In this document: piece after piece, positions 21,507 to 31,597 of the stretch
How the letters are laid out: every line of letters starts with the position of its first letter
Numbering within the stretch: the stretch's first letter is position 1
Source of the DNA: Longivirga aurantiaca
GTDB lineage: Bacteria > Actinomycetota > Actinomycetes > S36-B12 > CAIYMF01
NCBI RefSeq assembly: GCF_042660085.1
Contig: NZ_JBHSTI010000008.1
Span: forward strand, 780,001-812,000
Direction of reading: 5' to 3'
Length of the DNA: 32,000 nucleotides
The notes under the pieces: generated by a model
What the model was told of the DNA's origin: nothing
Database searches by the model: none
What the model saw: the letters and a program-made list of their open reading frames with translations, nothing else
Program-made: the position numbers and the translations under genes

Positions 21507-21812
21507 ATGTCGGACACCCCCTCGATCTCGCGGGACGACGTCGCCCACCTCGCGCGGCTCGCCCGGATCGACCTCCCGCCCGAGTCCCTCGACCACTACG
21601 CCGAGCAGCTCGGCGTGATCCTCGGTGCGGTCGCCCAGGTGTCGGAGGTGGCCGCGGCCGACGTCCCCGCCACGAGCCACCCGATGCCGCTCGTGAACGT
21701 CTTCCGCGAGGACGTCGTGCGTCCGTCGCTCACCAACGCGGAGGCCCTCTCGGGTGCCCCCTCGGTCGAGGCCGAGCGGTTCCGGGTGCCGCGCATCCTG
21801 GACGAGGAGTGA
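21507..21812 (+). CDS. gatC: Asp-tRNA(Asn)/Glu-tRNA(Gln) amidotransferase subunit C
   Basis: [48 protein letters not shown]...[15 protein letters not shown] 21507 favoured over 21498 because TAGGAT (21494-21499) would overlap the latter. Confidence 0.92.
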   Translation: MSDTPSISRDDVAHLARLARIDLPPESLDHYAEQLGVILGAVAQVSEVAAADVPATSHPMPLVNVFREDVVRPSLTNAEALSGAPSVEAERFRVPRILDEE

Positions 21813-21816
21813 CCCG

Positions 21817-23325
21817 GTGAGCACAGCGAGCACCGACCTGACCCGACTCACCGCCGCCGACACAGCGGCCAAGGTCGCGGGGGGCGAGGTGTCCGCCGTC
21901 GAGGTGGCCACCGCCCACCTCGACCGGATCGCCGCCGTCGACGACCGCGTCCACGCGTTCCTGCACGTCGACCGCGACGGCGCGCTCGCCGCGGCGTCCG
22001 CCGTCGACACCGCGCGGGCCGCCGGGGAGACGCTGTCCCCGCTGGCCGGAGTGCCCCTGGCGCTCAAGGACGTGCTCACCCAGAAGGGGATCCCGACCAC
22101 CTGCGGGTCGCGCATCCTCGAGGGGTGGCGCCCGCCGTACGACGCCACAGTCACCGCGCGGCTCAAGGCCGCCGGCGTCGTGATCCTCGGCAAGACCAAC
22201 ATGGACGAGTTCGCCATGGGGTCCTCGACCGAGCACTCGGCGTACGGACCCACCCACAACCCGTGGGACCTCGAGCGGATCCCCGGCGGCTCGGGCGGCG
22301 GCTCCGCCGCGGCCGTCGCGTCGTTCGAGGCGCCGCTCGCGATCGGCACCGACACCGGTGGCTCGATCCGCCAGCCCGCCGCCGTCACGGGCACCGTCGG
22401 CGTGAAGCCGACGTACGGCGCCGTCTCGCGCTACGGCCTCGTCGCGCTCGCGTCCTCGCTCGACCAGGCGGGCCCGTGCGCGCGGACGGTGCTCGACACC
22501 GCGCTGCTGCACTCGGTGATCGCCGGGCACGACCCGATGGACTCCACGTCGCTCGACGTCCCCGTGCCCGACGTCGTGGGTGCCGCCCTGCGCGGCGACG
22601 TGAAGGGCGTGCGCATCGGGATCGTCAAGGAGATCGGTGGCGAGGGCTTCCAGGCGGGTGTCCGCCAGCGCTTCGACGAGGCGGTCGAGATCCTGACCGG
22701 GCTCGGCGCCGAGGTCGTCGAGGTGTCGGCGCCGCACTTCCCGTACGCGCTCGCGGCGTACTACCTGATCCTGCCGAGCGAGTGCTCGAGCAACCTCGCC
22801 AAGTTCGACGGCGTGCGCTTCGGCCTGCGTGTGGGCGAGGACGACGGCAACCCGTCGATCGAGCAGGTCATGGGGCGCACCCGTGCTGCCGGCTTCGGCG
22901 ACGAGGTCATCCGCCGCATCATGCTCGGCACGTACGCGCTGTCGGCCGGCTACTACGACGCCTACTACGGCTCGGCCCAGAAGGTCCGCACCCTGATCCA
23001 GCGCGACTTCGCCGCCGCGTTCGAGCAGGTCGACGTCCTCATCTCGCCCACGGCGCCGACGACGGCGTTCAAGCTGGGGGAGAAGCTCGACGACCCGCTG
23101 GCGATGTACCTCAACGACGTCGCCACCATCCCGGCCAACCTCGCGGGCACACCCGGCATGTCGCTCCCGATCGGCCTCGCGCCCGAGGACGGCCTGCCCG
23201 TGGGTCTGCAGATCATGGCTCCCGCCATGGCCGACGACCGCCTGTACAACGTCGGCGCGGCGCTCGAGGCGGCGCTGCTCGACCGATGGGGTCACCCGAT
23301 CCTCGAGGAGGCTCCGGCGCTGTGA
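21817..23325 (+). CDS. gatA: Asp-tRNA(Asn)/Glu-tRNA(Gln) amidotransferase subunit A
   Basis: [59 protein letters not shown] amidase signature. Confidence 0.96.
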   Translation: MSTASTDLTRLTAADTAAKVAGGEVSAVEVATAHLDRIAAVDDRVHAFLHVDRDGALAAASAVDTARAAGETLSPLAGVPLALKDVLTQKGIPTTCGSRILEGWRPPYDATVTARLKAAGVVILGKTNMDEFAMGSSTEHSAYGPTHNPWDLERIPGGSGGGSAAAVASFEAPLAIGTDTGGSIRQPAAVTGTVGVKPTYGAVSRYGLVALASSLDQAGPCARTVLDTALLHSVIAGHDPMDSTSLDVPVPDVVGAALRGDVKGVRIGIVKEIGGEGFQAGVRQRFDEAVEILTGLGAEVVEVSAPHFPYALAAYYLILPSECSSNLAKFDGVRFGLRVGEDDGNPSIEQVMGRTRAAGFGDEVIRRIMLGTYALSAGYYDAYYGSAQKVRTLIQRDFAAAFEQVDVLISPTAPTTAFKLGEKLDDPLAMYLNDVATIPANLAGTPGMSLPIGLAPEDGLPVGLQIMAPAMADDRLYNVGAALEAALLDRWGHPILEEAPAL

Positions 23326-24851
23326 GCACCCAGACGACCGAGAAGGTCCTTCCCTACGACGAGGTCGTGGCGCGCTTCGACCCGGTGCTCGGGCTCGAGG
23401 TGCACGTCGAGCTCGGCACGGTCACGAAGATGTTCTGCGGCTGCCCGACCGAGTTCGGTGCCGCACCGAACACCCAGGTGTGCCCGGTGTGCCTCGGTCT
23501 GCCCGGTGCGCTGCCGGCGGTCAACGCCGTGGCGGTGGAGTCGGCGATCCGCATCGGCCTCGCGCTCAACTGCTCGATCGCCGAGTGGTGCCGCTTCGCG
23601 CGGAAGAACTACTTCTACCCGGACATGCCGAAGAACTTCCAGACCTCGCAGTACGACGAGCCCATCGCGTACGACGGCTACCTCGACGTCGAGGTCGAGA
23701 CCGACGAGGGCATGACGACCTTCCGCGTCGAGATCGAGCGCGCGCACATGGAGGAGGACACCGGCAAGACCAGCCACCAGGGCGGCGCGACCGGTCGGAT
23801 CCACGGTGCCGACTACTCGCTCGTCGACTACAACCGCGCCGGCATCCCGCTGATCGAGATCGTCACCAAGCCGGTCGCGGGCACCGGCAAGTACGCGCCC
23901 GAGGTGGCGCGCGCCTACGTCACCGCGCTGCGCGAGGTGCTGCGCGGGTTGGGCGTCTCGGACGTGAAGATGGAGCAGGGCTCGCTGCGCTGCGACGCCA
24001 ACGTGTCGCTGCGGCCGTCGCCCGAGTCTCCCCTCGGCACGCGCACGGAGACCAAGAACGTGAACTCGCTGCGCTCGGTCGAGCGCGCGGTGCGCTACGA
24101 GATGACGCGGCAGGCGGCGATCCTCGCCGACGGCGGTCGCATCGTGCAGGAGACCCGGCACTGGCACGAGGACACGGGCATCACGACCTCGGGCCGCGAG
24201 AAGTCCGACGCCGAGGACTACCGCTACTTCCCGGAGCCCGATCTCGTCCCGATCGCGCCCTCGCGCGAGTGGGTCGAGCAGCTGCGGGCGACGCTCCCGG
24301 AGAACCCCGCCGTCCGTCAGGCGCGCCTCAAGGCGGCGTGGGGCATCACCGACTTCGAGATGGCCTCGGTGGTCAACGCGGGCGCCCTCGACCTCGTGGA
24401 GCAGACCGTGGCGGCCGGTGCCGACCAGGGTGCCGCGCGCAAGTGGTGGACCGGCGAGCTCGCCCGCATCGCGAACGAGCGCGGCGCCGAGGTGGCCGAC
24501 CTCCCGATCACTCCGGCCGACGTCGCGCGGGTCGAGGCCCTCATCGGGGAGGGCGCGCTCAACGACAAGCTCGCCCGCCAGGTGATCGAGGGGGTCCTCG
24601 CGGGCGAGGGCAGGCCGGACGACGTCGTCGCCTCGCGCGCGCTCGCCGTCGTCAGCGACGACGGCCCGCTGCTCGCAGCCATCGACGATGCGCTCGCCGC
24701 CCAGCCCGACGTCGCCGACAAGATCCGCGGCGGCAAGGCGGCCGCGGCCGGTGCCATCGTCGGGGCGGTCATGAAGGCGACGCGCGGCCAGGCCGACGCC
24801 GGCCGCGTGCGGGCACTGCTGCTCGAGCGCCTCGGCGTCACCGAGGAGTAG
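23322..24851 (+). CDS. gatB: Asp-tRNA(Asn)/Glu-tRNA(Gln) amidotransferase subunit B
   Basis: [79 protein letters not shown]; GTG at 23322 overlaps gatA stop. Confidence 0.96.
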   Translation: MSTQTTEKVLPYDEVVARFDPVLGLEVHVELGTVTKMFCGCPTEFGAAPNTQVCPVCLGLPGALPAVNAVAVESAIRIGLALNCSIAEWCRFARKNYFYPDMPKNFQTSQYDEPIAYDGYLDVEVETDEGMTTFRVEIERAHMEEDTGKTSHQGGATGRIHGADYSLVDYNRAGIPLIEIVTKPVAGTGKYAPEVARAYVTALREVLRGLGVSDVKMEQGSLRCDANVSLRPSPESPLGTRTETKNVNSLRSVERAVRYEMTRQAAILADGGRIVQETRHWHEDTGITTSGREKSDAEDYRYFPEPDLVPIAPSREWVEQLRATLPENPAVRQARLKAAWGITDFEMASVVNAGALDLVEQTVAAGADQGAARKWWTGELARIANERGAEVADLPITPADVARVEALIGEGALNDKLARQVIEGVLAGEGRPDDVVASRALAVVSDDGPLLAAIDDALAAQPDVADKIRGGKAAAAGAIVGAVMKATRGQADAGRVRALLLERLGVTEE

Positions 24852-24858
24852 CCGAGCC

Positions 24859-25848
24859 GTGGTCCCTGACCCGCGGGGCGTGCTCGAGGCGTTCGCGCTC
24901 CCGGGTGAGCCGACGGCGTACGTCGAGGTCGCCGGCGGGTGGTCGAACCTCGTCCTCCGGCTGACCACGACGCACGGCGACTACGCCGTGAAGGAGCTGC
25001 GCAACGCCTGGGGCGAGCCGCGGTGGCTCGACTGGCTGGCGGAGGGCTGGCGGCTCGAGACCGCATGTGCCGCAGCCGGTGTGCCGGTGCCCGAGCCCGT
25101 CCCTGCTCCGGACGGCGGCTGCCTCGCCTGGGTGCCGTCGACCGACGGTGGCGCCGACGTCCCGGTGCGCGTGCACCGGTGGGCGGAGGCGAGCACCGTG
25201 CCGCGCGAGCCTGTCGGCGCCCCGCTCGCCGAGTGGCTCGGTCGCACGCTGGCCGCCGTGCACCGGCTCGCGCTGACGCCGCTGCGCCCCGACCTGTACG
25301 CCGGACGCGTCGGTCTCACGACCGCGGGCGTCTGGCCGGACCTCGTCGGCCGGGCGACGTCGGCAGGCGTGCCGTGGGCATCGGACCTCGCGGATGCCGA
25401 GCCGGTGGCCCGAGCGGCCTCGGCGCTGCTCGCGGAGGGAGACCGGGACGGCGAGGTGCTCTGCCACGGCGACGTCGACCAGAAGAACCTCCTGCTCGGC
25501 GCAGGCGGGCCGCTGCTCATCGACTGGGACGTCGTCCTGCCCACGGTGCCCGCCCACGACCTCGCGCACGCCGCGCTCACGATGGCTGCCTGGAGCTCCC
25601 CGGAGGTCGCTGGCGCGGTGGTCCGCGCGTACCGCGCCTCCGGCGGCGACCCCGCCCCGGTCGAGCCGCAGCACCTCGGCCCGGCCCTCGCTTCCCGGCT
25701 CGGCTGGATCCGCTTCACGGTCGACCGCGCCCTGGATGCGGGTGCGTCGGTGCAGGACCGGGCGGCGGGCGACGCGGTACCCGGGCTCCTGGCCGACCTC
25801 CGGCACCGCGTGGCGACGGCCGAGCGCATCACGACCTGGCTCTCGTGA
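24859..25848 (+). CDS. Aminoglycoside/choline-kinase-like phosphotransferase family protein
   Basis: 329 aa: GWSNLVLRLTTTHGDYAVKELRN, EVLCHGDVDQKNLLLGAGGPLLIDWDVVLPTVPAHDLAHAAL (HGDxxxxN and IDWD motifs). Confidence 0.8.
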   Translation: MVPDPRGVLEAFALPGEPTAYVEVAGGWSNLVLRLTTTHGDYAVKELRNAWGEPRWLDWLAEGWRLETACAAAGVPVPEPVPAPDGGCLAWVPSTDGGADVPVRVHRWAEASTVPREPVGAPLAEWLGRTLAAVHRLALTPLRPDLYAGRVGLTTAGVWPDLVGRATSAGVPWASDLADAEPVARAASALLAEGDRDGEVLCHGDVDQKNLLLGAGGPLLIDWDVVLPTVPAHDLAHAALTMAAWSSPEVAGAVVRAYRASGGDPAPVEPQHLGPALASRLGWIRFTVDRALDAGASVQDRAAGDAVPGLLADLRHRVATAERITTWLS

Positions 25849-25966
25849 CCGTCGCTGCACCCGCTGCCACAACCATGACCTGCCCGCTGGCTCTGCTCCT
25901 GGGCGGGGGTCGGCACGAAGGTCGTCGTGGTCCGCTGAGGCGGCGGTCGGGCGCTAGCGTCGACCC

Positions 25967-26905
25967 ATGCCCGACGACGTCCTCCTGCTCCCGTGGCACG
26001 ACCACGCCACCTCGCTCGGCGGCGCCACCGACGGGCTCGAGGTGCACTCCTGGGCCGAGGGTGAGGAGGCGCCGAGCACGGACGTGCTCGAGCGCGTCAC
26101 CTTCTACGTCCCGCAGTACCTCGGCGGTCGATCTGCGCTCGAGGCCATGACCCGCATGCCGTCGCTGCGGACGGTGCAGTCGCTCTGGGCGGGCGTCGAC
26201 GCGGTGTGGCCGTTCCTGCCGGACGGCGTCGCGCTGCACAACGCCGCCGGCGTGCACGACGCGAGCACGGCGGAGCTCGCCGTCGGGCTCGCGCTGGCGC
26301 GGCTGCGCGGGCTCGACGAGTTCGCCCGCAACCAGACGACCGGCTCCTGGCTCCCGCGGCGCAACGACGCGATCGCCGACAAGCGCGTGCTGATCCTCGG
26401 ATTCGGCCGCATCGGCCAGGCGATCGAGCAGCGGCTCGCGGGCTTCGAGTGCGAGGTGGTCCGCGTCGCGCGTTCCGCGCGCACGCTCGACGACGGGCGG
26501 CACGTGCAGGCGATGTCCGAGCTGCCCGACCTGCTCCCGACCGTCGACGTCGTGATCCTCATCGTCCCGGCGACGGAGGAGACGGTCGGGCTGGTCGACT
26601 CCGGGTTCCTCGCGCTGATGCGGCCCGGAGCACTGCTGGTCAACGTGGCGCGAGGGCCGGTCGTGGTGACGGACGACCTCGTGGCCGCGCTGCACGACGG
26701 GCGGGTACGCGCGGCTCTCGACGTCACCGACCCCGAACCACTGCCGGCCGACCACCCGCTGTGGTCCGCTCCCGGGGTCCTGATCAGCCCGCACATCGGC
26801 GGCAACAGCAGCGCCTTCGAGCCGCGGGCACGTCGCCTCGTCGCGGCGCAGATCCGCCGCCTCCGCGCGGGCGAGCCGCTCGACAACCTCGTGGCCCGCC
26901 CGTAG
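25967..26905 (+). CDS. D-isomer specific 2-hydroxyacid dehydrogenase, NAD-binding
   Basis: VLILGFGRIGQAIEQRL, TEETVGLVDSGFLALMRPGALLVNVARGPVVVTDDLVAALHDGRVRAALDVTDPEPLPADHPLWSAPGVLISPHIGG. Confidence 0.9.
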   Translation: MPDDVLLLPWHDHATSLGGATDGLEVHSWAEGEEAPSTDVLERVTFYVPQYLGGRSALEAMTRMPSLRTVQSLWAGVDAVWPFLPDGVALHNAAGVHDASTAELAVGLALARLRGLDEFARNQTTGSWLPRRNDAIADKRVLILGFGRIGQAIEQRLAGFECEVVRVARSARTLDDGRHVQAMSELPDLLPTVDVVILIVPATEETVGLVDSGFLALMRPGALLVNVARGPVVVTDDLVAALHDGRVRAALDVTDPEPLPADHPLWSAPGVLISPHIGGNSSAFEPRARRLVAAQIRRLRAGEPLDNLVARP

Positions 26906-26950
26906 CGTCGCCCGCGCAGACCCCAGGGGCAGGGTCGCTGAGGGGGAGAC

Positions 26951-27274
26951 ATGAGCGTTCCGCTCGCCGCTGGGTCGATGCCGGGCAGCGCTGCTGCCGA
27001 CGGCCTGTTCGCGATCGTGCCCGTGCTCATCGGTATCGGCTTCGTGGTCGTGATCGGCACGATCATCTACCGGTTCTACGCGGCGCGCCGCGAGGGGCTC
27101 GACCCGCTGGCGGGCGACCTCCAGCTCATGGCGGCGGCGAGGGACTCCCAGCTGCTCGCGCCCGAGCGCAGCCCCGAGGAGCGCCTCGCCGAGATCGACG
27201 CGCTGCTCGCGGCCGGCACCATCACCGAGGACGAGCACGAGGCGGCTCGGGCCCGCATCATCAGCACCCTCTGA
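26951..27274 (+). CDS. Small membrane protein with C-terminal SHOCT-like motif
   Basis: 107 aa; one TM (LFAIVPVLIGIGFVVVIGTIIYRFY); C-terminal RSPEERLAEIDALLAAGTITEDEHEAARARIISTL; GAGGGGGAG RBS. Confidence 0.65.
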   Translation: MSVPLAAGSMPGSAAADGLFAIVPVLIGIGFVVVIGTIIYRFYAARREGLDPLAGDLQLMAAARDSQLLAPERSPEERLAEIDALLAAGTITEDEHEAARARIISTL

Positions 27275-27349
27275 CGCCCTCCCAGGACAGGCCCTTCATC
27301 TCGTGGGGCTCCGGCGGTGGTACGGCGGGGGACCTCGTAGGCTCGGCCC

Positions 27350-29035
27350 GTGAGCACCGAGACCCCCGACATCAAGCCACGCAGCCGTACCGTCACCGAC
27401 GGGCTCGAGCGAGCCGCCGCGCGCGGCATGCTCCGCGCCGTCGGCATGGGTGACGACGACTGGGTGAAGCCGCAGATCGGCATCGCCTCGTCGTGGAACG
27501 AGATCACCCCCTGCAACCTGTCCCTCGACCGCCTTGCGGACGCCGCCAAGAACGGCGTGCACGCCGGCGGCGGCTACCCGCTCGAGTTCGGCACGATCTC
27601 GGTGTCGGACGGCATCTCGATGGGCCACGTGGGCATGCACTTCTCGCTCGTGAGCCGCGACGTCATCGCCGACTCCGTCGAGTGCGTGTTCGAGGCCGAG
27701 CGGCTCGACGGCGGCGTGCTTCTCGCAGGCTGCGACAAGTCCGAGCCCGCGATGCTCATGGCCGCCGCCCGCCTCGACATCGCCGCGGTGTTCCTCTACG
27801 CGGGGTCGATCCTGCCGGGCAAGGTCGGCGACAGGGACGTCACGATCATCGACGCCTTCGAGGCGGTCGGCGCCTGCGCCCGCGGGCTCATCACCCGCGA
27901 GGAGGTCGACGCCATCGAGCGGGCGATCTGCCCGGGCGAGGGCGCGTGCGGCGGCATGTACACGGCCAACACCATGGCCGCTGCGGCCGAGGCCATGGGC
28001 ATGAGCCTCCCCGGCTCCGCCGCGCCCCCCGCGGTCGACCGCCGACGCGACGGCTTCGCGCACCGCTCGGGCCTGGCCGTGGTCGAGCTGCTCCGCCGCG
28101 GCATCACGACCCGCGACATCATCACGCGCGAGTCGCTGCTCAACGCGATCGCGGTCGTCGTCGCGCTCGGCGGCTCGACCAACGCCGTGCTGCACCTGCT
28201 CGCGATCGCGCACGAGGCGCACGTCCAGCTCGACATCGAGGACTTCAACACCGTCGCCGACAAGGTGCCGCACCTCGCGAACGTCAAGCCGTTCGGCCAG
28301 TACGTCATGAGCGACGTCGACCGCATCGGCGGCATCCCCGTCGTCATGAAGGCCCTGCTCGACGCCGGCCTGCTCGACGGCGACTGCCTCACGGTCACGG
28401 GCAAGACGATGGCGGAGAACCTCGCCGCCATCGCCCCGCCGGACCCGGACGGCAAGATCCTGCGCTCCCTCTCGGACCCGATCCACAAGACGGGCGGCCT
28501 CGCCATCCTCTCGGGCTCGCTCGCGCCCGAGGGCGCCGTGGTCAAGACCGCGGGCTTCGACAGCGACGTCTTCGAGGGCAACGCCCGCGTGTTCGACGGC
28601 GAGGCCGGCGCGATGCAGGCGGTCGAGGACGGCACGCTGCAGAAGGACGACGTCGTCGTCATCCGCTACGAGGGGCCCAAGGGCGGCCCCGGCATGCGCG
28701 AGATGCTCGCCGTCACCGGCGCCATCAAGGGTGCCGGGCTCGGCAAGGACGTCCTGCTGATCACCGACGGCCGGTTCTCCGGCGGCACGACCGGCCTGTG
28801 CGTCGGGCACGTGGCGCCCGAGGCGGTCGACGGCGGCCCGATCGCGTTCGTGAAGGACGGCGACCGCATCCGCCTCGACGCCGCGGCCCGCACGCTCGAC
28901 CTGCTCGTGGACGACGCGGAGCTCGAGGCCCGCAAGGCGGGCTGGCAGCCGCCGGCACCCAAGCACCAGCGAGGCGTCCTCTCGAAGTACGCCAAGCTCG
29001 TCGGCTCGGCCCGGTACGGCGCCGTCCTCGACTGA
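27350..29035 (+). CDS. ilvD: Dihydroxy-acid dehydratase
   Basis: 561 aa: [121 protein letters not shown]. Confidence 0.97.
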   Translation: MSTETPDIKPRSRTVTDGLERAAARGMLRAVGMGDDDWVKPQIGIASSWNEITPCNLSLDRLADAAKNGVHAGGGYPLEFGTISVSDGISMGHVGMHFSLVSRDVIADSVECVFEAERLDGGVLLAGCDKSEPAMLMAAARLDIAAVFLYAGSILPGKVGDRDVTIIDAFEAVGACARGLITREEVDAIERAICPGEGACGGMYTANTMAAAAEAMGMSLPGSAAPPAVDRRRDGFAHRSGLAVVELLRRGITTRDIITRESLLNAIAVVVALGGSTNAVLHLLAIAHEAHVQLDIEDFNTVADKVPHLANVKPFGQYVMSDVDRIGGIPVVMKALLDAGLLDGDCLTVTGKTMAENLAAIAPPDPDGKILRSLSDPIHKTGGLAILSGSLAPEGAVVKTAGFDSDVFEGNARVFDGEAGAMQAVEDGTLQKDDVVVIRYEGPKGGPGMREMLAVTGAIKGAGLGKDVLLITDGRFSGGTTGLCVGHVAPEAVDGGPIAFVKDGDRIRLDAAARTLDLLVDDAELEARKAGWQPPAPKHQRGVLSKYAKLVGSARYGAVLD

Positions 29036-29049
29036 GCCGGCACGCCCGC

Positions 29050-29086
29050 GCCGCGGCCCGACCCCACGACGGGGTCGGGCCGCGGC
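29050..29086 (+). terminator. Perfect 16-bp hairpin downstream of ilvD
   Basis: GCCGCGGCCCGACCCC / ACGAC / GGGGTCGGGCCGCGGC, 15 nt after the ilvD stop; weak T content downstream (CGTTCT). Confidence 0.7.
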
Positions 29087-29108
29087 CGTTCTGGGACCTG
29101 TCGCGACC

Positions 29109-29135
29109 TCAAGGTCCCCCCACCTGCGCCGATGT
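29109..29135 (+). promoter_or_regulatory. Candidate FliA/WhiG-family sigma promoter (TCAA-N15-GCCGATGT)
   Basis: TCAA 29109-29112, 15-nt spacer, GCCGATGT 29128-29135, ending 7 nt before the GTG start at 29143. Confidence 0.5.
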
Positions 29136-29142
29136 ACGCAGA

Positions 29143-31476
29143 GTGACGTCCTCGCCCGCGCCTGCAGCCGCTCGGCCGGCACCCCGCCGACCGGTCTGGA
29201 TGCTGCTGCCGGTGCTCGCCGTGGCCCTTGCCACCGGTGCCGTGCCGGTGGTGCTGGGCGGCGACGGCAGCCCCTCGTGGATGTTCGTCTACGTCGCCCT
29301 GATCGCACTCCTCACGGGCGCCTCCCTGGTCGTCGTGGCCGCCCGTGCCGCGGGACGCCTGCGCGCGGCCTGGGGGCTCCTGGCGGGCTCGTGCCTCGTG
29401 GCCTCGGTCGCCCTCGGCGAGCTCGCCGTGGTCGATCTGCCCAGCCAGGCCTCGTGGGTACCGCGCCTGCTCGCGGCGCTCCTCGCCGCAGCAGCGCTCG
29501 GGACGTTCCCGGGCACCGTGACGGGCCTGCAGCGCTGGGTGCTCCTCGGGCTCGACGGCTGGCTCCTCGGCGGCTCGGTCTTCGTCGCGCTCTGGCTCGC
29601 AACCGTCCCCGGGGCCCGGCTGCTCGACTCGCCCGAGAGCCTCGCGCTCGGCTCGATCTGGCTGCTCGGCGACCTCGCCCTCGTGAGCACCGTGCTCGCG
29701 CTCACGCTGCGGCTGCCGCGGGGCACCCGGGTCGGCGGAGCCGCCCTCGCCCTCGTGGGCGTCGCGCTCGCGCACGGCGACCTCTACCGCGCCTTCGTCG
29801 GGGCCGGCGCGTGGACCCCGATCACGCAGGCGGCGTACGTCGCCTCCTGGACGACCGCGGGCGTGCTCATCGCGGCGACGCCGTGGATCGCGCCGAGCCC
29901 GTTCCGGGCCGGGACGATGCGGGTGCCCACCGGACCGGGGCTGCGGCTTCCGTACCTCGTCGCCTGCATCGCCATCGCGGCCACCACGATCGCCTGGGCG
30001 CTCGGCCGCCCCTCGGACCCGCTGCTGTCGGCCGTGGTCCTCACGCTCCTCTGGTCGCTCGTCACCAGCCAGGTGCTCCTCGCCATCGAGAACCGCCGGC
30101 TCGTCACCCAGGTCAGCCGCCAGGCCGACATGTTCCGCACCAAGGCGACCCAGGACGGCCTGACCGGCCTGCCCAACCGCAGCGAGTTCACCGGCCGCGT
30201 CGAGGCCGCCCTGCACAGCCCCACGCGCGGGCAGGTGGCGGTCCTGTTCATCGACCTGGACGGCTTCAAGGACGTCAACGACTCGTTCGGGCACGCCGTC
30301 GGCGACGAGCTGCTCATCGAGACCGCCACCCGTCTGGCGGCGGAGATCCGCGAGACCGATGTCGTCGCCCGGTTCGGCGGCGACGAGTTCGTCGCGCTGC
30401 TCAGCGACTGCTCCGACGAGACCGCCGTCGAGGTCGCGGAGCGCCTGCGTGCCTCGCTGTCGGCGCCGTACCGCATCGGGCACCGCGAGGTCGTGGTCTC
30501 GGCGAGCATCGGCCTCGCCCGCCCGGGGGAGGACGACGACGCCGAGTCGGCGCTGCGCAACGCCGACCTGGCGCTCTACCGCGCCAAGGAGAGCGGCCGC
30601 GACCGGGTCTCGGTCTTCGAGCCCGCCATGCACGCGTCGGCCCTGCGTCGACTCGACGCCGCCGCCCGTCTGCGGCACGCCCTCGCCCACGACCGGCTGT
30701 CGCTCGCGTACCAGCCGATCGTCGACCTGCGCACCGGCGAGATCTACGCCGTCGAGGCCCTGCTGCGGTTCGACCACGAGGACTTCGCCGACTGGACCGT
30801 CACCGAGGTGATCGAGGCGGCCGAGGAGAGCGGGCTCATCGTGCCCGTCGGCGGCTGGGTGCTCGACAGCGCAGTGCAGATGCTCGGGCAGTGGCTGCGC
30901 GCCGGCATCCGCGCACGTCTCAACGTGAACGTGTCCGCCCGCCAGCTCGAGTCGGGTGGCGAGCTCGCGCTCCAGGTCGAGAACGCGCTCATCTGCTACG
31001 GCGTCCCCGCCGACATGCTCTGCCTCGAGATCACCGAGCACCAGCTCGTCCGCGACCTCGACCACACGACCGTCGAGCTGGAGAAGATCCGCCGTCTCGG
31101 TGTGCGCGTGGCGCTGGACGACTTCGGCACCGGCTACTCGTCGCTGTCCTACCTGCCGCGCCTCCCGCTGGACTCCCTGAAGATCGACCGCGCCCTCACC
31201 TGCCGTGTCGGCTCGGCCCGCGACACGCTGCCGGCCGTCCTGCGCCTCGGCCGCGACCTGGGCCTCGCCGTCGTCGTCGAGGGCATCGAGCGGCACGACC
31301 AGCTCGTCCTGCTCAAGGCGTCGGGGGCCGTGCTCGGCCAGGGGCACCTGCTCAGCCTGCCGCTGGGGGAGCGGGCCGCGACCGATCTGCTGCGCATCGG
31401 CTCGATCCGGATCGAGAACCTGGTCGACGTCGTCCCGTCCCGTCCCGGTGACCGGACTCCGCGTCTCGCGATCTGA
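29143..31476 (+). CDS. Membrane-anchored GGDEF-EAL dual-domain c-di-GMP protein
   Basis: 777 aa from GTG 29143 (VTSSPAPAAARPAPRRPVWMLLPVLAVAL...); multi-TM N-terminus; RETDVVARFGGDEFVALL (I-site + GGDEF); AVEALLRFDHED, NVSARQL, LEITEHQL, LDDFGTGYSS, LKIDRAL, VVVEGIE, GQGH. Confidence 0.92.
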   Translation: MTSSPAPAAARPAPRRPVWMLLPVLAVALATGAVPVVLGGDGSPSWMFVYVALIALLTGASLVVVAARAAGRLRAAWGLLAGSCLVASVALGELAVVDLPSQASWVPRLLAALLAAAALGTFPGTVTGLQRWVLLGLDGWLLGGSVFVALWLATVPGARLLDSPESLALGSIWLLGDLALVSTVLALTLRLPRGTRVGGAALALVGVALAHGDLYRAFVGAGAWTPITQAAYVASWTTAGVLIAATPWIAPSPFRAGTMRVPTGPGLRLPYLVACIAIAATTIAWALGRPSDPLLSAVVLTLLWSLVTSQVLLAIENRRLVTQVSRQADMFRTKATQDGLTGLPNRSEFTGRVEAALHSPTRGQVAVLFIDLDGFKDVNDSFGHAVGDELLIETATRLAAEIRETDVVARFGGDEFVALLSDCSDETAVEVAERLRASLSAPYRIGHREVVVSASIGLARPGEDDDAESALRNADLALYRAKESGRDRVSVFEPAMHASALRRLDAAARLRHALAHDRLSLAYQPIVDLRTGEIYAVEALLRFDHEDFADWTVTEVIEAAEESGLIVPVGGWVLDSAVQMLGQWLRAGIRARLNVNVSARQLESGGELALQVENALICYGVPADMLCLEITEHQLVRDLDHTTVELEKIRRLGVRVALDDFGTGYSSLSYLPRLPLDSLKIDRALTCRVGSARDTLPAVLRLGRDLGLAVVVEGIERHDQLVLLKASGAVLGQGHLLSLPLGERAATDLLRIGSIRIENLVDVVPSRPGDRTPRLAI

Positions 31477-31493
31477 GACGTTCGTGTCAGCAC

Positions 31494-31522
31494 GTGACAC
31501 GGTCCGGGCACCCCTGTAGCCT
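31494..31522 (+). promoter_or_regulatory. Candidate housekeeping-type promoter of the ilvB leader
   Basis: -35 GTGACA (31494-31499), 17-nt spacer, -10 TAGCCT (31517-31522), 7 nt before the leader GTG at 31530. Confidence 0.6.
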
Positions 31523-31529
31523 CGTTATC

Positions 31530-31574
31530 GTGTTCACCAGCAACGTCGTCGTAATCCGCGGGCGCGCAGCCTGA
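31530..31574 (+). CDS. ilvB leader peptide MFTSNVVVIRGRAA (attenuator peptide)
   Basis: GTG TTC ACC AGC AAC GTC GTC GTA ATC CGC GGG CGC GCA GCC TGA; four consecutive Val/Ile codons upstream of acetolactate synthase and its terminator. Confidence 0.75.
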   Translation: MFTSNVVVIRGRAA

Positions 31575-31597
31575 CGGTCTTGTCGTCGACTGCGCGC

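Noticed and set aside
21498-21509. Alternative gatC start ATG at 21498 (MSGMSDT...)
   Set aside because: This ATG overlaps the TAGGAT -10-like element, whereas 21507 lies exactly 7 nt after it; a leaderless start at 21507 is more consistent.
29036-29142. Possible c-di-GMP (GEMM) riboswitch before the second GGDEF-EAL gene
   Set aside because: No recognisable GEMM core, and the short distance from the proposed promoter to the GTG leaves no room for an aptamer.
27493-31476. 1327-aa plus-strand ORF overlapping ilvD
   Set aside because: The first about 550 aa are low-complexity off-frame translation of ilvD; the true gene starts at GTG 29143.
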